Assembly (NCBI GenBank): GCA_964057225.1
Contig: OZ059895.1
Span: forward strand, 15,934,001 to 15,998,000
Direction of reading: 5' to 3'
Length of the DNA stretch: 64,000 nucleotides
From: Auanema rhodensis
Lineage: Eukaryota; Animalia; Nematoda
Below are positions 13,436-28,634 of this stretch, piece after piece (the first letter of the stretch is position 1; each line of letters opens with the position of its first letter). The translations under genes and the position numbers were made by a program. The notes beneath the pieces were generated by a model. The model did not search any database. It worked only from the letters and a program-made list of their open reading frames with translations, and was not told the origin of the DNA.

Positions 13436-14841
13436 TTAAAGGGTGGGGAAAAAGTTATTAAGGTTATTAGGAGTGTTAACAGGAGGGCACGCCATTTGAT
13501 GGGGAGAACCAATAAGATTTTCGCACTGGCTAATAGCTTGGTTGGCAACAGTCTTCATAAAGTTCAAATTGCCCTTTACAGCATTATGACCAAAACCATG
13601 AGTTAACTAAAAACAAAAGGATAAGAAGACGCTTTAACTTTAAAGTAACTTACGGAGCAGAAACGGCCAATAGCAATTTCTTCAGGGTTAGTAGCAGTAA
13701 TATCAGCAGGATTCTCTGGGAGGGTATTGAAAAGACGGAGAAAGTATTCATTAACTTTTCTAAAACAAAGAAGATTAGTTTTAAAAGAAGAAAACTCAAC
13801 AAATACCTGAAGGCGTGGATATCGGCAAGGGTGATGGCGGAGTTACCACTCATTACAGAGTTGGACAACTGTTGGGCAATAACATTGGATCCACCTTCTT
13901 TTTGGAGGAGGTTAGAATAATCTTTAGCGAGAAGAACTGCTTCTTCTGAAAATAGGAAATATAAGAATAATTCAACTATTAAACTATCGTACCTTCGCAA
14001 AAAGCAGTGAATCCTGTTGTTGGTGCTGTCTTTCTTCTACCACTTGGAACAACAATATTGTAGGGCTGGAGCTGAGATCTCAATCTCTTTCCATTATCTT
14101 TGGCCTTTCCCCTAAAGGATAAGAATTAAATAACGAAACTTTAACTACTTGAACTTACTTTCTGAGCATGCCGTTGATAAGACTGGCATGGAGAGTCTCA
14201 GGAGGACTGATACGGCGAAGAATTTCTCCAACGGTAACTTTGTACTTGGTAGATCCGCTAAGAAGGCACAAACGTCCACTGACTTCATCAAATTTTTCAG
14301 AAAGATTAGCAGGTGCTTGGAAGTTGTTTGGCATATTTTGGAATGGTAAGCAGCCTCCCATTCCAGAGAAATCTGGCTTCTGTTCTTGTTGAATCATTGG
14401 GGGTGATGGTACAGCTGATGAAGGCATCATTGGTGAAGAGCATGAAGAAGAAGCCTAAGACGAATTAATAAGTAAAATATTAACAGAAGAACAACTTACC
14501 GAAGTGTTGCATCCGCTATCGAAGGAGGAGAAACTTCCGGAGCTACTTCCACTGGTACTGTTAGTAGGACTGTGATAAGAAAACATTGGATGTTGGAGCA
14601 TCACTGGATTTCCAGGTGTGGAGTGGAAAAACTCCTAAACATAAGGAAAAATTAAAAATTTAACTATTTCAAATAAACTTACGTTTGTGTTAATGTAAGG
14701 CAAGCTTGTAATAGGAGTACTGTGTAGCATTGTCCATGGATACATGGGTGCCCGAGAAACTGGAGAACCTTGTTCATCATCTCCAGAATAACAGAGCCGT
14801 TTAGCGGCTGGCTGGCCGTCAAAGTTGCAAATATCAGACAT
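13436..14841 (-). CDS. AP-2 family transcription factor (aptf-type)
   Basis: [55 protein letters not shown]...GRRK...LTHGFG is the AP-2 basic/helix-span-helix domain. Confidence 0.92.
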
Positions 14842-16742
14842 ATTTTCTATAAAAAATAACAATTAATGAAATTGTTTGAGACAAGAGAGCAGATATTAAA
14901 CGGTAGATGATTTGCTATAAAACAAATAATACTGGTAAACTCAACCGATAATGATTGAAGATTCCTGGTCCTTATAAGGAGATTCACTGACTCCTCCCCC
15001 TAAAAGAACAAAAATCTCTTTTTCTCTGCTCTCTCATAATTTACCTTCACTATGGTGTTCACAATCATTCTTGGACGACAGCCTAAGAAACCACAATAAC
15101 GGTTTGTTCAGTTTAGCCAGCCTGACTTTCTTTCCCACATTGCTCATTGTTTCATGCAGTTTTCTGAACTTCTGAATTACCAGCCTGTTAGTTCAAAGCA
15201 TAGTTCCGTTATTTGTTTCGTTTTAATTCATGAGAACATAACTTCTATAACCTGTGGTATTGTGCACAAGTAAATTCTGAACAAAATGAAGCAAGTTTCT
15301 AATATTTTGGGAAAAGGGTTTAAGACCATAAGTGATTATGAAAGATAATACTAAATGTATAGAAATTTGAATATACCACTTATCTGTAAAGATATCAACT
15401 CGGGATCATTTTACCCCAAAAACATTGTGGGAATCTGTTAAGGACCCCATTTAATTATAATGAATATTTAAATTTCAAATCTTTCGAGGTCCTTCAATTT
15501 GTTGTTCTGCTTTATTTGTTTATATATTTATATATTTAATAATTATAATTTGAATTTTATTAATTTTTTCTTAGTTGTTCATGGAAACTTTTGTATTTTC
15601 ATACCTTATTGTCACATTTCAAAAAATGATTTGTAGTTTGACAGCTACTGTTAAAACCCCAATGGCATTCAGAGGAGATCATAAATTTTGAATGTTCACA
15701 CTTTCAATGGGAAAGTTGTAGTTTCTTTACTCAAAATATTGAAAATTGATATAAATCGTGAATTAATCTTGATTTCTAAATAAATAATTATTATTAATTT
15801 TTGTTATCACGTTCTGATGAATATGAGATGTATCAATGATTTTGGTTGAAGATATGGATGTAATTCTTTCAGTAAGAGGGAAAATATGAAATTGTCGTTC
15901 TGCCTTTTTTTTGGATGGCTAATTGAATCTAAACAAGAATATTAAAGTTATTAAGTTACTTTGTTAATAGTATTACAGTGCAATACTTAGTTCAGTATTG
16001 ATAGTACAGTTTAATTATATAAGAAATTACCTAGAAGTTATGAAAGTTTTTGAATAATATCTGTCAATATAATGAATAGTATGCCTTTCCCATATTTTAA
16101 CAACTTATAAGCCGACCCCATAGTTTCTTAGCTCATTTTATGATTTATGAAATAACTTTATGCTCTAGAAATAATTTCCTGTTGGACTTACACTGGATCA
16201 AGCAATAGATCCCCTGAACTTGCTAAACGTTATCCTGCAAAAATATAAAATAATACAAACACTCTTAGTAATATTATACTAACTACATTTTTTATATTAT
16301 TAGTTTATATCTTTGCAAATTTTTTTCATGTACTTAAAGCTCATACTAACAACCAACAACTTTATTTTCCCGTTCGAAAGTTTATTTTGAACATTTTATT
16401 TACGTTCATAAAATATTTTCATTTAACTTTTTCATATGAACTCAAGTTTCTATTACTCAGTTTAATGTGAAAGTGTGACCCTGGTATGAAGAGCACATGC
16501 TTCAAGTAGTTTTTGATTTGCGTACACCCATTTATAAATATCACGCGTTAGGGAACAAACAGCTGATACATTGTTTTTTTTTTAATTTTATATAAATACA
16601 TAATAAAAACTTAATATTATTATATGATAAATTATACATAGGAAAGGTTTATATGGAAATAAAAATTTCATTTATGTTTCCAATCAAAGTTAAAATAGTT
16701 ACAGTTAGAATCACAATATTTCTTGGATGATTTTAGTTCAAA

Positions 16743-19383
16743 ATGGCTCGCCATCGACATATTAACAAGAAATTTTTTGGTAAATTAAGAATTTTCCTTA
16801 CAAATAGATTGAATTCTTAATTGTAGAAGATGATTATGGTGATGACTATGATGATGATGATTATGGCTCACCAGAAGATGATGTTGCTATGTCTCCAAGT
16901 GTTTGTTAGTTAAAATAGAATAACATTTGAATGTAAATCTAACACTTTAGTAAATCAATATGTATTAAATAGAAATGCAGACAATTCTCACAGTCGATAT
17001 GAAGCTCCTGAGAGAGAGTATGTCCCCGAGGCCATACCAGACACAGATCATGGACAAGTATTTTCTATGGATGACGGTATCCCTCCTGCTGATTAATATT
17101 TTTATCCAATTTCATTCAGTTAATGAAGAACTTCCAAAAGTAACTAAAAAGGAACCTAAGGCGAAATCAAAACCCACAGCAGCAGCTTCAAAACCTCCGA
17201 ATAAAGTATTATATTGTGAGTATACTATCGAAAATGATTATAATTTTTAGCCATCAAATCCTAGCGTTTCTCATTTAAAAGTTGCGGAGAATGCAAGAAG
17301 CAGTTCTAAGTCACCATCTCGTAAAAAGATTGATCAACAGAATAATTCGCGTTGTAGCACACCCACACAGGCTGCTACTTTACCGAGCAATTCAAGCACT
17401 CATAGGTATAGGCATTTTCGTATTAAAAATAAATTTATTGTGCAGACTGAGTCAACTATCACAAATCTCTCAGCAATCCACACCGAAGAGAGAACGGAAA
17501 AGACTTGAACATTCCAAGGATTTGATAAATTTAGTTGTTGTTGGTCACGTTGATGCTGGTAAAAGCACACTTATGGGTCATTTCCTTGTTCAAGTAAGTA
17601 AGAAACGAATATTTGATAAGCATCACCAAAGTAGCAACCGCTCTGTCTTAGTCCATGACTAATAATGAGTTACACTATGCATTGAAGATAATCATTTTAT
17701 CACATATAAGATAATGAAATTCCAATTTAAGATTTATTTTTTAGCTTGGTTGTGTTGACCAACGATTGGTTCATAAGTACAAGCAAGACTCATCTAGAGC
17801 AGGAAAGGCTTCATTTGCTTTTGCCTGGGTGCTGGATGAAACAGAAGAGGAACGGTATAATCAATGCGTTATAAACGTGTTTTTAAAATTTCGAATTGTT
17901 AGATCACGTGGTGTAACTATGGATATTGCTCGAACTTCATTTGAAACCGATTCAAAACGAGTAGTACTGCTAGATGCTCCAGGACATAGGGATTTTATTC
18001 CTAATATGATCACTGGAGCTTCACAAGCTGACGCTGCAATTTTGGTTGTTAATGCAACGGTTGGCGAATTTGAGACCGGATTCGCTAACGGTGGGCAGAC
18101 GAAAGAGCATGCTTTGCTTTTACGTTCATTAGGTGCTGTAGTTTATGCCTGAAAATCATATAATTAGGAATGTTGTAGGTGTTTCTCAATTAATAGTTGC
18201 TATCAATAAGCTCGATACAACTGAGTGGTCTAAAAATCGGTTCGATGAGGTGAAAGCTCTTCTTAGTGTCTTTTTAACAAAACAGGTAAAGATCGACCTC
18301 TTCTTGTTTGATCATCATCCCGAATGATTAAGGCTGGCTTTTCAAATGTAAAATATGTGCCTCTTTCGGGACTTCTGGGTGAAAACTTAACAAAACCTTT
18401 TGAAAGTGGTCATCCAGCTCACTCGTGGTATAATGGTCGATCATTACTTAATTTAATCGGTATCATCTATTATGTGGTCTGTTTTGTATATTGAAGTATG
18501 AATTAAGACGCTGTTGAGCCTCCTAAACGTGCTGTAGATGGTGGATTACGCATTATAGTTCATGATGTTATGAAGGTTAGCTGTTATAATCTTTATTAAA
18601 ATAATAAGAAAAGCTTTGTTAAGTCTGTAGCCAATTCAATTTGTATATCTGGTAAAATAGAATCAGGCGAAGTTGAAGTTGGAGACAAAGTTTACATAAT
18701 GCCTAATGCAGATGCTGCAGTTGTGAAAGGTAACCATTAGTTGAAATATTAAAGGAAACCTATGATTATAGCTTGTGCTAATGACAATGGATTATCAGAC
18801 GGTTTTGCTACGGTTGGGGATCAAGTACTCATGACGTTAAATGGCACATTCGAGCCGGATACTCATCATGCGGGTGATATCATAGTACGCGGAGGCGAGG
18901 TATATTCGTATATAGAGAGCCGCTTATAAAGAAACTAATCTTCAGGATACATTAATTCCCTCCCGTCGCTTCACTGTTCGTCTTGTAGTGTTTGATATAG
19001 CTGTACCGATAATCAAAGGTTTGTAGCCTGCATCTTTTAAAAATCTCATATTCTTTCGTTTCAAGGAACCAAGACGGAGCTTTATTGTCACTCTGTGTGT
19101 GAGCCATGCACCATTGTTAAGTTGATTTCGTCGATTAATAAAACAAATGGCGAAGTATTGAAACGAAAACCTAGGTAATTACATCCAAAAATCAAACTTT
19201 CAAACTTTCATTTTCAGATGTCTCTCGAAGCATATGTCTGGCCTGGTTGAAATTGAAACAGATCATGACGTAGCCATTGAAGCTTATACCAGTTGTAAAG
19301 CCTTAGGACGAATAACATTACGTAGTAAAGGAGAGACGATTGCCGCTGGGATAATAGAGAAATCTTCTACTATAGTCCAATAA
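16743..19383 (+). CDS. hbs-1: HBS1-like translational GTPase (ribosome rescue)
   Basis: MARHR N-terminus with an acidic [10 protein letters not shown] tract; [66 protein letters not shown]. Confidence 0.95.
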
Positions 19384-19736
19384 AATGAAATTAATTCCAA
19401 ACTTTTAGAGCTATCGAATTGCCAAATTAAAGAATATTTTTTGAAAAAAGAATTGAAAAATCAGTAATCATAGCATTTCTTCTGGGATTAATATTATGTT
19501 CTTTTTTTGTTATATATTGTGAATATGTAAAATTTATTTTGTTTTCTAGTAAGAAACGTCTATATACTTTGGGTTGTCGTTCATTGCCTTCTGTTAGAAG
19601 ATTTTTAAACAATTAAAAAATCAATAAAACTTTAAATTGAACAAACATTTTTCTTACACGAGACCATAGTGTATACATGTAAGTTTTTTAGTTTAAGATC
19701 ATCTAATATTGATTGTAAAGTCTGAGCCATCAGTGC

Positions 19737-21010
19737 ATGAATTTTCTTAGCTTTTTTGTATTTTTCAATTTTTTCCCCATATTTGTGTGTCAAACACGTC
19801 AATTTGAATTGGACACAGCAAAGCTTGCATTAGAGTTCTCAGGTTAGATTGCCAATATTCTGATCGAAGAACGTTTAAAATATTCCAAGTTTGTTTCAAT
19901 TTTAGCAGCAGCCTATTCGGAAACACCTGCTGATTGTGCTTCTAAAAATAATGGGACCGTGATTCTACGCATGACAGAAAAATGCGATTATTTGAAAGAT
20001 GAGGTGATACTTTTGAAAATCTTCGATATGGTTCAATGTATGGTTCTCGTTATAGTGTTGGGGAATAGTCAGTCTTACCTCCAGCTACATTGTGATTTCA
20101 TTTCGTGGTACACGCACAAAGCTACAACTTATAACCGAACTTGTCGAGACTATGAGTGAACCGAAGAAAAAGGTTCATTTTGATAACTTCAATCTGTACA
20201 TAAATCTATTTGTAGTTAAGAGCAGGAGGCTCCGTTCAGCACTATTTCTATGTTGCGTTGTCATCTATCTGGAAACCTATTCAGAAGACCGTGGGAAAAC
20301 TTGCTCGGGTATATTTAACTATTGAATATTCATGTTACTGTTTTTTCTAGTCTAATCCAAAACATCAAATTATCTTTACTGGTCATTCGCTAGGCGGAGC
20401 TCTTGCCAGCTTGGCGTCCACGGTGTTTGCTTTTCGCCATCCAGAAATGAAAGAGAGGTTTACATGTTTAGAGATCGCATGAAAATTCCCAATTTTAAAG
20501 AATAATCCTTTGCACTTTTGGTCAACCTCGTGTAGGGAATTATGAGTATGCCACTGTGCATGATTCGTTGGTTGATCGAAGTTGGCGAGTTGTACATAAG
20601 TATGACATTGTTAGTTTACGCAATCAATCTTGTATTTGGCAAAAATGTAAAATTTTCAGGTTGCTCACCTGCCGGCGTGTGCTATTAATCCAATTTCGCG
20701 CTCCTGCGCCCGATTTTTTAATCACGCTCCCTACCACCATGGCGTAGAAGTTTGGTATCCAGCTGATATGGATAACAGCTCCATTTACGAAGTTTGCAAA
20801 GGAAAGCCTACGAACGAGGATCAAGCCTGCAGGTATTTGGAAAGCAGCGCCATTCCGTTTCTCTGCTCCCTTTTCAGTAATGGCTGGTATCTGCACTATG
20901 GAATCAAAGATCACGTCATATACTATAATCACTATGTTAGTCAGTATGGTGTTGATGGGTGTATTGATGCCCCATCAACATTTCCTCTAGATTCTGAAGA
21001 ATCTCTTTAA
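19737..21010 (+). CDS. Secreted class-3 (fungal-lipase-like) lipase
   Basis: Signal-peptide-like MNFLSFFVFFNFFPIFVCQ; VISFRGT, FTGHSLGGALASL, TFGQPRVG, RVVHKYDIVAHLP, YHHGVEVWY. Confidence 0.9.
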
Positions 21011-22641
21011 GTATTTTTTTCCTTTCTGTAGTGCTGTTGTTACTATAGAAAGTTTCTCCTGTAACTGTCTGTATATACTTCATCAAATGATTTTCTTAAC
21101 TAAATATGCATAATATGGATACAACTATTGATGTTCTTATCTACGTTGCTGTCTTTTCAATTCTTCTGATCATCATCAGTCGCTCATTCACGAGTTGCTA
21201 TCTCGCAATTCGTTTAAAGACCTTAATCTGAGTAAACATGTTGCTGCCTTCATTTACGTTTGTCTCACTATAGTACTACGGGAATTTATTTTTTGTTATA
21301 AAGAAATGCCCAAAATAATGAAAAAGCATCATATGAGAGAAATGATTTGGAAAAAACTGAAAAGAGGAAGTAGCTGAAAATAAAACGAGAGAAACGCGTA
21401 GGAAGTACATGGGGGCACTCTACGAGTCCACGCTTCACAACGTTCAGCCAACTGAACGCTGTTACTGCTACTACAATTCTGTTGCTCCTTCCTTCAGTCT
21501 CTCTATTCTTCGATCTCGTTTCTGTTTTCTGTCTGCTTCTCTCTCGCGAGCATTATATCTTTAATTCAAACTCTCCTTGTTTGTGCTACTTGGTCAATGC
21601 TCCTTGATGTGACTAGAGAAAGAGGAAAGAGAACGCAAATGATGGGGGGCCCAGCTTGTTTTTAACTCTTTGCTGTCTTGTCTATGCCATGTGTACTAAA
21701 AGTACGACATTCGATCCACTCACACTCCTCAGGCATAATAATATTCCCTGTTTTGCCCTCTTTTCAACTCTTTTTCTCTCTTTTTCTCTTATTCTTTCTC
21801 CCCTCTCTCTCTATTCGTCTCGTTGCTATTCCCATTCAGTCTGGTTTGTTCTGGGCGTTCAATTTTTTTATTTCGTTGAATTTTTCCTTATCTTTTTTTA
21901 TTTTAGAAAGCTAACAAAAAGTAAAGTTAGGTAATTCCTTAAAAAATAAATAAACTTTGATCATTTTTTCATTTTTGACATCTATTTTGTATCCAAAACA
22001 CGTCGAAATAACATATTCAAAAGCACTAATTCTTTTTTTTTATCTATATACTCTTCTCTCGGGGCTCTCGTAATGTTTCTTTCTATGCTAGTACATGACT
22101 TGAAAAAAGCACTTTTCCGCCATCGATTTGGCTATGTCATTGGAATCATTTCTTCTTACTTATGTCTTCTTCATACTTCTATTCTATATATATATATATA
22201 TTTATAAATATATATATATGTGTATATGTATATAAAGAAAAGCCCACGTTTTATTCACCTGTGAATGATGAGCGAGTGAAAAAAAAGAAATAAAGAGGGA
22301 TAATAAGAGAGGCCATAATTAAAAGAAAGAAAGAAAGAAAGAAAGGAAATTAAGAATCGAGAGAATGAGAGGAAGGCTGGGGAAAGAGGGAAAGAACGAT
22401 GGATAAGTCTTATTATATACATATATAGATATATTTATATATTCACTTCTTTACCAACATCAATATGAATTATTGAGTATTTGATCTTACGATCTTCAAT
22501 TTTCGTTCTAGCATCCCTTGTGTTTTGTCTAACAATCTCTTCTTTTCTCTTCGTCTTTTATAGTCATATAACCTCCAACTAAAATGACCATAATTGAAAG
22601 GAAATAATGAAAAACGAAGTATTACAGGTTCCGTATAGATA

Positions 22642-23454
22642 ATGTTTTCACAGTTGGCCACTCTCGACCATACTGATATCTTTTCTGATGTAGCCGGCAC
22701 GGCACTTGATGATCTGTTGCGAGAATCGATTTTCGATTCACCTCGACACCACCACAACCATCACCAACACAGTCAACAGCAGTCTATTCTGGGCCATCAT
22801 CCCCAGCCATCTCAGCATCACCACCAGCCATTTCATACCCATCAGCTGAATCATCATCCGCATCAGACACCTTCTAATACAACCTGTTCTCTAGGATCTT
22901 CTAGTACTAATACTGCTAATACTAATATTGGAGCTCCATCAACCAACGAAATTTCAATGACGTCAGCTAGGCCACGAGGTAGACGAAGAAATAATCAGAA
23001 CAATCTCATATGCGTTGTTTGTAAAGATCAGGTTCGTACTCTATTCCCACCTTTCTGCTTATTTTATGTAATCACAATACTAAAATTGGTAATCAATAAC
23101 CGCGTTATATAGCCGCGAGCACTGCAATTGTACTTTCAATAGTATATTTGAATAATCCAATTAAGTTTCGTACTCATGTTTTTCCTTTTTATAGGCTTTC
23201 GGCAAACATTATGGTGTTAATGCTTGTAATGGATGCAAAGGATTTTTTAGGAGAAGGTAAGCTACCTTAACTTCTTCTCATGTGATTTTCACCGTGTTGA
23301 CTTGTAGTGTTTGGAATAACAGACAATATATGTGCCGTTTTGATGGTCAATGCTCTATTGCTAAAGGTTAGTTTATTCAATTTCTAGTCTATTTCCTTGT
23401 TTTTTCTTTTTCTTTTTCTTTTTCCTTTTACTAACAGTATAATTCTTTTTAACA

Positions 23455-23503
<49 letters not shown>

Positions 23504-25972
23504 TATTTGATGCTATATGTCAATTAATGTTTATATTAATTTAATGGAAAATTATTCAATTAGCCGTATAATAATTGTTTTTAGAGCATCGAAACGTTTG
23601 TAGAGCATGTCGTTTGAAGCAATGTTTTTTATCCGGAATGAATCCCAGAGGTTAGTTCAAGTTTATGTTTTTCTTCCTTGTTCCTTTGAGCTTTTAAACT
23701 TTCTAAAGAGTGATTTTATTATTTTCGTACGCGAATCGCATCAATTTTACTTTTTTTTATTCGACGCACTTGCTTAATCAGTATCCATGTGTTTTATTCT
23801 TATTCTCTAGTTCACTTTTTCGATTTTGCTTTTTAAACATAAAGGCTGTATACATGCCACGACTCGACCTTATATGATCTTTTGATCTTTCAGCTGTACA
23901 ATCGGAAAGGGAAAGAACAGTAGCAAGTGAAGTATCAGCTTTAGATGATGATCAAGATGAAAATGACGAGGATGACGACATGCTCCCTTCTAGGTAGTAA
24001 AATCATTATAAGCGAACCTAAGTGATAAATGTTTTTCATTTTTAGGAGCACAGTTGGAGTTCAAACTGACTTTGTTTCAGTGAACAAAGCAGAACCACTC
24101 CCTAGTCCTGAATGTGATTTAGCTGGGTAAGTTACTGATTATTTCCTTATTCAGTTTTCTGCTTTCCTAGTTTTTATAAAAACCACGTATATAATACGTG
24201 ACTTTTGATAAATAAGAAGCCAAACCTCTGCACTATACTATTTCATGAAAAGGGAAGGTCGTTAAGAGCGTATAATCAGAAGGGAATATGTTGTTAGAGC
24301 GTACACAAAATGATTTGAGAGTCGTGCTTTTAATATAAATCATAATATATACGTCGTTAATCTTGAGAATAGATTGTTTATTCACGAGAATGTTAATTTG
24401 GTTTGCAGACATTCATAAGTTACTTGTGTGACAACAACCGCAACTTAAGAAGTCATAGAATAATCTTATTACAGCTTACATTTGGATCTCCTATTTAAAT
24501 TATATGAAATCAAAAGATCAAACAATGTATTCACTAAATCCAAATTTATGAATTGAAAATTGCACGCTGATTAGACCGCTCACCTTTCAAATTCAATTGA
24601 AAATGAAGTATCAGGAATTGGTCGTTTTTCACGTACACAAGCAAGACAATGACGTTGGTAGTATATACATGTTTCCAAAAATATCGTTGTTCACCCACAC
24701 ACCAATATACACACAAAATGCCACAATATATAAATTCCTGGCTAGAAAAATACATTTGAAATGAACTAATAGTTTTATATTTTCAGAATAGCTCAACAAT
24801 TGGTGAATATGCATAAAGAAGTATGCAATCGGGTAGATTTAACAGAGTCAAATGCTCTAACTGGTAATACTTAAGTTGGAAATATTGTTTTGAGTTTGTT
24901 TCTTTTCAGAAACTTCTTCAACGATTACGTTTGTTACGGCATTTTATAATCCAACCTTAATATCTCCCCGAACTCCGGTAATTCGGATTATACTCTTTTC
25001 TTACTGTTTTTTTATTTTAGTTAACTATAACAGCTGATCATGTAGCTACTATGAAGGATGTTTTGCAAGATTGGAGGAGGAATTTTGTATTTTTTGCTGA
25101 TTGGTTACATGCTTTGCCGGAATTTAATCAATTAAGTATACATGATCAGGTGAGCTTAGCTTTTTGAGTCTTTGCGAGTAATATCACGTAGCTTTTCTAT
25201 AATTCATTAATAATTTTCTTGAATATACTGTGTATTGTTCAGGTGCAAATCGCACAAAACCGATTTGGACCCTTCTATTGGTGGCTATGTGCAAATTGGT
25301 CCGTAGAAACAAAGTGTAATGGTGTTTGTTATGCTAACGGAACTTATTTTCCTTCTGATGAAAATTTACAATGTGTTGCTGATGTCAGGTGGGCCTTGAG
25401 ACTTTTGATGTTTTCCTTGGATATGTCAGCATACTCTTATCTAATCAAATGTTTTTGCAGAGGCACAGCTTCTAAGATGGTTTCATCCCTCAAAGATCCA
25501 TTGAGTGAGCTTGAATTAGACGAGACTGAACGATGCTTAATGCTAGCAGTAATTGTATTTTGCGAAGGTTTTTCGTCAAGCAACTTCGAAATTCATAATT
25601 TATTCCTTTTTTAGAATTATCTGAACTTTCACCTGAGGGAAAAGAACACATTCATCAACTGAACAATAGATATATCCGGGTCCTACAAGATCACATTCAA
25701 AGAAAAGATTATGGAAATAGTAATATGACTCCAGCTCAAATTGCGGTGCGAATCACAAAACTCATGATTTTGCTCTCAGCAACAACTGTACGTTATTCTG
25801 TTTATAGTTTAAATTATTTAAATCTAAAAAACACCATTCAAGCTTATATCGCTGATTTCAGAACCTTGTTTACCTCACAAGTGATAATATTCGCCTGATG
25901 GATGTATTGCATCTGGTGGATTATAGATCAATTCCTGATGATATATTAAAGAAAAGTTATCGTGAATTCTGA
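22642..25972 (+). CDS. nhr-62: Nuclear hormone receptor of the HNF4-derived supplementary class, with a His/Gln-rich N-terminus
   Basis: Zinc fingers [61 protein letters not shown]...MNPRAVQSER; ligand-binding-domain exons (LPEFNQLSIHDQ, LELDETE). The symbol is tentative. Confidence 0.8.
23458..23499. repeat. (TA)n microsatellite in an nhr intron
   Basis: Directly visible. Confidence 0.95.
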
Positions 25973-26276
25973 CGAGTGTTTTCACTCAACTGCACAAATG
26001 TCAGAAAACATATTTGTATAAAGAACTAAAAACCTGTACATTATACAAACTCCGCTCAAAACGGACATTATCGTTTTTTTTTTGCTTTTAATTGATGCCA
26101 TTGTGAGCTTACAACAAACGCAATTCTTCTTGTTATATTGACATATAGAGTTTTATTCATGTTGTTTTGATTAAATATTCCCAGTGACTTATGTGTTTCT
26201 ATTATGATTATCATATACATGCACAGCCGCTGTCTGGTTTTGTGATCTGATTGTCCTAGAGCATTCCGAAATGTTG

Positions 26277-28634
26277 CTATGCCTTAATATACGCTTGACT
26301 AAGACGTACATTTTGTAATACTTGACCTTGACTCTCTCGTTGTTGTCTTTCTAAAGCGCCTGAGAAAAGACCAGATTTTTCTTTTTTACCTATAAATATA
26401 TAAATTATTTATAAATTCCTATAAGTAAAATGAGAAAACATACCAAAATTCTCGGCGTCTTCAATGGTCATGGACAACGGAGCACCGAGTGTTTCAGGAA
26501 GGAACAAAGTGCATATTGCGGCTGAGAGAGCCATAAGACCCATGATGATTAATGGAATAATTTTCATGTATGTGCCCTGAAAATATGAATATATATGCGG
26601 TAAAATCAATCAAAAACTGACTAATTTCACGATGTGGGGTGCCAACAGAAGTCCAGATCCTGCTATCATACTACTCATTCCCATTCCAATAGCTCTTACT
26701 ACGGTAGGATACAGTTCCCCAGCAAAAATATAAATAACAGCAAATCCTGAACCTACACCGAATTTCCCTACGAAAGAAGCTGAGGCGACAAGCCATGGAT
26801 AATCTGGAAAAGTAGGTTTTGAACTTTTTATTCGACGATACGCCTAACCATCCGATATGAACATGCAGGATACACAGCCAAATCCGCAAGTAACCATACA
26901 CAACACCATAGTCCATCTGCATATAATGTATTTTTGGATGTGATTATACAAAGTATAAACCTTCTGCCAACTATTTGAAGTAATGGCCAGACGATGAAAT
27001 ATCCCGGAAGCTCAACAGCACCATTAATTATGAAAGACCAATAGTCATCGACAGGTAGATTTGAAACATTAAGTGTTAAACCATTATATATGATTGCATT
27101 CATAACCCTACAAGCAGTGTTATGAGACTATCAATCGTAGTACAGTATAGAAGATGTACCATATATAGGTTACGAGAAGAGTTTTCTTCCGAAGATTTGG
27201 TGTTTTGAATAAGTCCGTGACGTTATAATGTTTTTGATTGCTAATATCATTTTGATGATTATTTTGAAGCTGAAATTAGAAATTTTCTTCCTCCTCCCAC
27301 ACAGTGTCAAAGACATACAATATTAACGAGACTATCAACATCAACATCGGTTTTTCCATTAGTATCCGCAATCTTTTGAATTTGTTTCTTAGCTTCTTCC
27401 CATTTACCCATTGAAGCTAACCATCTTGGTGATTCGGGTAAGAAGCTGAACTGAAGTTCTTACAACTAATATCTTAAAATTACTCACAAATAATAGAGAA
27501 ATAAGACAATGAAGGGGGCATTACAGAAGAAAGTTAGTTGTCTCCATCGACGTATGAACATAGCTACTACTCCCAGTAAGGACATAGCAGCTCCAAAGAA
27601 AAGAGATATCATGAGACCAGAGAATATACGCCCGGAAGGTCCCATAAACTCCATTGCTACAAAGATAGTTGATATTTAGTGCTTGCACTCTTTCATACCA
27701 ATAATAAAAGGAATCTGGAATAAAGCGGGAAAGGGTAAACCAGTTAAAAATCGGAGAAATGTGAAAGTTTTAACATCAGTTACAAATGCATTTGCTGTTC
27801 CAAATGTAACAAGTGAAGCCAATATTATGAAAAAACTTCTCCTTCTACCATATCTGTACACGTAAAGTATTAATCTTCAAAAGACATTCAGGAAAACTAA
27901 CGTATCAGCTATGTATCCAAATAGATAGTTTCCAATGAAACTGCCTACATAGAAAGCTGTCGTCGAGATTTCAACCCACGCTTCCTCGTCACAAACCAAA
28001 TTAAACTATAATGACAGGATATATAGTTTTAGCTGTTTTATAAGAAATACATGCCTCTGTGACCAAGCTATCGGTATAAGTAGTATTGTCATATATCCAT
28101 CCATTCTGACAAGGTACTAAGTTTATCTCATCTCTGAAACAGCTTTCATCTCCGAAAGGTCGAGTGAAAGGAATTTACCTGTAAGTTTCAAATGGAGCCG
28201 AGGTGAATGATTGATAAGCTAAAGCTTCAGTTTCATTATATTGATAACAATTTGCTATTTTCTGTTAAAATGGAATTCAAAAGTGTGTCATACTGAAAAT
28301 ACTTGATACCGAATCGTTTGTGATGGGTAAAAGGTAGTGCTTGTTATCAGGGACCCGACAATGATGTGAAGGTGATCCCACAACAAAAGGCTTAAGGAAT
28401 TACAAGAGTTTAAGAAACTTTAGTTAACCTACTTGATTAAAAGCGGAAAAAGCAGATGGGATACTGGCCGGAAGACACATTATGAAGAAAAAGATTATTT
28501 GATAAAATCCGAAGTCTCCGACCTAGTATGAGCAAAACATTGTGCAGGTTTAGGAAAAAGCGAACCTCAGCCAAGACTAGATCGAAATCTAAGTGCTTCG
28601 CAGCGGTTAGGAGGATTTGTGCCGATACGTCCAT
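26277..28634 (-). CDS. oct-1: SLC22 organic cation transporter
   Basis: DFDLVLAEVGDFGFYQ...PFVVGSPSHHCRVP...LVTEFNLVCDE...ADTYGRR...LPESPRWL...ELYPTVVRAIG...LPETLGAPL. An extra upstream coding exon cannot be excluded. Confidence 0.9.

Noticed and set aside
17594-17744. Enlarged HBS1 intron with a TTAGTC/GACTAA stem and AGATAA
   Set aside because: No terminal ACA or C/D boxes in the right geometry
26256-26279. oct-1 stop UAG-CAA as a readthrough signal
   Set aside because: Incomplete CARYYA motif and only a 6-codon extension
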